Of a DNA stretch of 28,573 bases, positions 26,841 through 28,573 are shown one piece after another. Positions within the stretch are counted from its first letter, which is position 1, and each line of letters starts with the position of its first letter. The position numbers and the translations under genes were made by a program. The DNA is taken from positions 1-28,573 of IMG/VR virus record IMGVR_UViG_3300005805_000346; one strand, 5' to 3'. Source of the stretch: a virus (lineage: Duplodnaviria > Caudoviricetes). The notes beneath the pieces are model-generated. The model ran no database searches. It was given only the letters and a program-made list of their open reading frames with translations, and was not told where the DNA came from.

Positions 26841-27880
26841 GAGTAGTCTCCGTACTCGTCATCTCTAATAGTATCTAATGTAATGCAATGAGGACCACCA
26901 CCTAATGTTCTACAGTGTCTTAGTTGAACAGGCATAACGTCAAAACCTTCCTGTTCTAGCTGCTTGATAATGTTAACCTGGGATTTCTCTACAGCCACTA
27001 GGTTTTCCGAAAGGCTTAAAACATTCATACCTAACCAATGCGTGGATGGCGCCCAATCTGCCAAGTAAGGTGTTTCTACAGCAGGTGCAGCATATAGGTG
27101 TTTCCAGTTACGAAAGTAACTAGGAACATTACCAGGATGAACCCTGTCTGGATTTAATAATACCACTCCTGGTTTTAAAGGCATAATAGTTGTATCAATA
27201 TGAACATATGCATATACATCTTTCACAAGATGAATATTATAAGAATCGCCTAGTAGTATTTTTAGCCATTCTGCACCTAGCTCATTTCCTGTGTTGCTTA
27301 CCAAATAAATTAAATCTTTACCGCATCTAAGTATATTTGCAGCATCGAACGCAGGCTCTATATTTCTTAATGTAGGTCTGGTAAGGTCCGATTTGTCATA
27401 TAGTTCATCCATTAATTCCGGCTTAGGGGCACTTAGCCATTTAGAGCCTTCACTCATAAATTGCTTTAGAATTTTTCGAAATGCAAAAGTTTCGAAATAT
27501 CTTGATCTTAACGGCATCGGAGTTTCTAATATTAAATCTCCTACAACTAATACGCTGTCACGGGGACAATAACTGTAGTAACCTTCCGATTGCCAGTATG
27601 GATTCGCATATTGTTTACCGCTGTCAAATATTTCAGGCCTTAATACCTTAATACCTAAAGTTAATAGCTGATTTTGGAAAAGGTCGAGATCCTCTTTAGT
27701 CTCTTCTATTATTTGTTCAGAATAGTAACCGCCAGGTAATCCTTCTACGGTATCATACAAAGCATAGTCTATACAATGTATATCTTTTCCCTTTGTTAAA
27801 GGAATGTGTATGTTCTCTGCTCTACCTAGTATGACCTCCTTAAGGGTTCCCCACTCTGTATGCGAATTTATTCTATTCAT
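26837..27880 (-). CDS. strB1: Amidinotransferase, StrB1 (scyllo-inosamine-phosphate amidinotransferase)/AGAT family
   Basis: SHTEWGTLKEVILG, YCPRD, WLSAPKP, FDAAN (Asp), GNELGAEWL, HIDTT (His) and RTLGGGPHCITLD (Cys) follow the StrB1 motif order as I recall it. The symbol denotes homology, not a proven substrate. Confidence 0.9.
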   Translation of the reverse strand: MNRINSHTEWGTLKEVILGRAENIHIPLTKGKDIHCIDYALYDTVEGLPGGYYSEQIIEETKEDLDLFQNQLLTLGIKVLRPEIFDSGKQYANPYWQSEGYYSYCPRDSVLVVGDLILETPMPLRSRYFETFAFRKILKQFMSEGSKWLSAPKPELMDELYDKSDLTRPTLRNIEPAFDAANILRCGKDLIYLVSNTGNELGAEWLKILLGDSYNIHLVKDVYAYVHIDTTIMPLKPGVVLLNPDRVHPGNVPSYFRNWKHLYAAPAVETPYLADWAPSTHWLGMNVLSLSENLVAVEKSQVNIIKQLEQEGFDVMPVQLRHCRTLGGGPHCITLDTIRDDEYGDYS

Positions 27881-28573
27881 TTACCAACCATGCCTTTCTG
27901 CGTCTACCATACCAATAGATTTCTATACAAAAATCCTGGAATGAATTATACTCTTGTTTTGATTTATATTTACGGCTAAATGATATGACCTGATTATCAT
28001 TCTGATCTACAATGTTATTATCCAACTCAGGGTAACAATGTTCAACAAATTTTTTTAGGTCTCTATAAAACAATTGTCTATTGCTCTCTATTACTATACA
28101 GCTAGCGCTTTCGTATTCCCAATAAATATCTTCATCTCCAAACATTTGCCTTCCCCAGAAGTCGCCAGTATTGACTGTGTTTAAAAGTCGACTTTTTGTC
28201 ACATTATATTCATTTTGTAAAACGCAATCATTATTCTTAATCCAATCGTATAACTTAAGGTAGAAAGATCTTCGCTTTTCACCACATTTGCTTGCTGTAT
28301 AGTTAGCCCATCCTAAACTATGCACAAGGATTAAAAACCACTTGAACAAAAATGCTTCCACATACTCTTCTTTTGTCATTGAGAAAGTTTCTATTACATA
28401 ATTGCCTAGTTCTATCTCGATGTTTTTATTGCGTTTACTAAAGAACGTTATCTGAGGAGTTTGTACAAACTTTAGTTTGTGTTTTGAAATATATTCAGGA
28501 TCACTAAATTCCGTATTTTTATAACCCTCTAACGGATGTCCAAAAATCCAACCATTGGGGTTAATATCAATTG
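27873..28573 (-). CDS. Partial CDS (5' end beyond the window), probably the C-terminal part of a cobalamin-binding-type radical SAM protein
   Basis: The frame stays open to the window edge: ...IDINPNGWIFGHPLEGYKNTEFSDPEYISKHKLKFVQTP...VIETFSMTKEEYVEAFLFKWF...HSLGW. This resembles the post-barrel region of B12-type rSAM proteins. The CxxxCxxC motif is not in the window. Confidence 0.5.
   Translation of the reverse strand, partial: IDINPNGWIFGHPLEGYKNTEFSDPEYISKHKLKFVQTPQITFFSKRNKNIEIELGNYVIETFSMTKEEYVEAFLFKWFLILVHSLGWANYTASKCGEKRRSFYLKLYDWIKNNDCVLQNEYNVTKSRLLNTVNTGDFWGRQMFGDEDIYWEYESASCIVIESNRQLFYRDLKKFVEHCYPELDNNIVDQNDNQVISFSRKYKSKQEYNSFQDFCIEIYWYGRRRKAWLVNE

Noticed and set aside
10188-28573. 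Known DNA hypermodification pathway (hmC/hmU glycosylation or 7-deazaguanine)
   Set aside because: No thymidylate-synthase homologue, nucleotide kinase, DpdA or Que/FolE gene is visible in the window. DNA remains a possible target but is unsupported here.

Overview
This window reads as part of a large tailed-phage genome (inferred from gene organisation; no capsid, terminase or polymerase gene is present). (1) 1-4440, minus strand: short early-type ORFs behind near-consensus sigma70 promoters, three of which share a 12-bp spacer; a GIY-YIG-like nuclease; an AT-rich 31-bp-period palindromic array; tRNA-Leu(TAA) and tRNA(CAT, probably Ile2); small membrane/lipoproteins; and two GT9-like glycosyltransferases. 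(2) 4500-10146, plus strand: a subtilase (S8)-like protein with a long Pro/Thr/Ser/Ala tail, then a 981-aa Ser/Thr-rich fibre-like protein. (3) 10188-26269, plus strand: a tightly packed run of a repeat-bearing glycosyltransferase-like gene, nine paralogous radical SAM enzymes that all carry an N-terminal twitch/SPASM-like Fe-S domain, an SDR, a second glycosyltransferase-like gene and a methyltransferase. (4) 26247-end, minus strand: a 2OG-Fe(II)-type oxygenase, a StrB1-like amidinotransferase and the 3' part of a probable B12-type radical SAM gene. The best candidate for an undescribed system is blocks 3 and 4 together: a phage-encoded radical-SAM/glycosyltransferase/amidinotransferase pathway that may build a heavily modified glycan or aminocyclitol, possibly on the adjacent Ser/Thr-rich proteins. 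All family calls come from reading motifs by eye; no database search was run.
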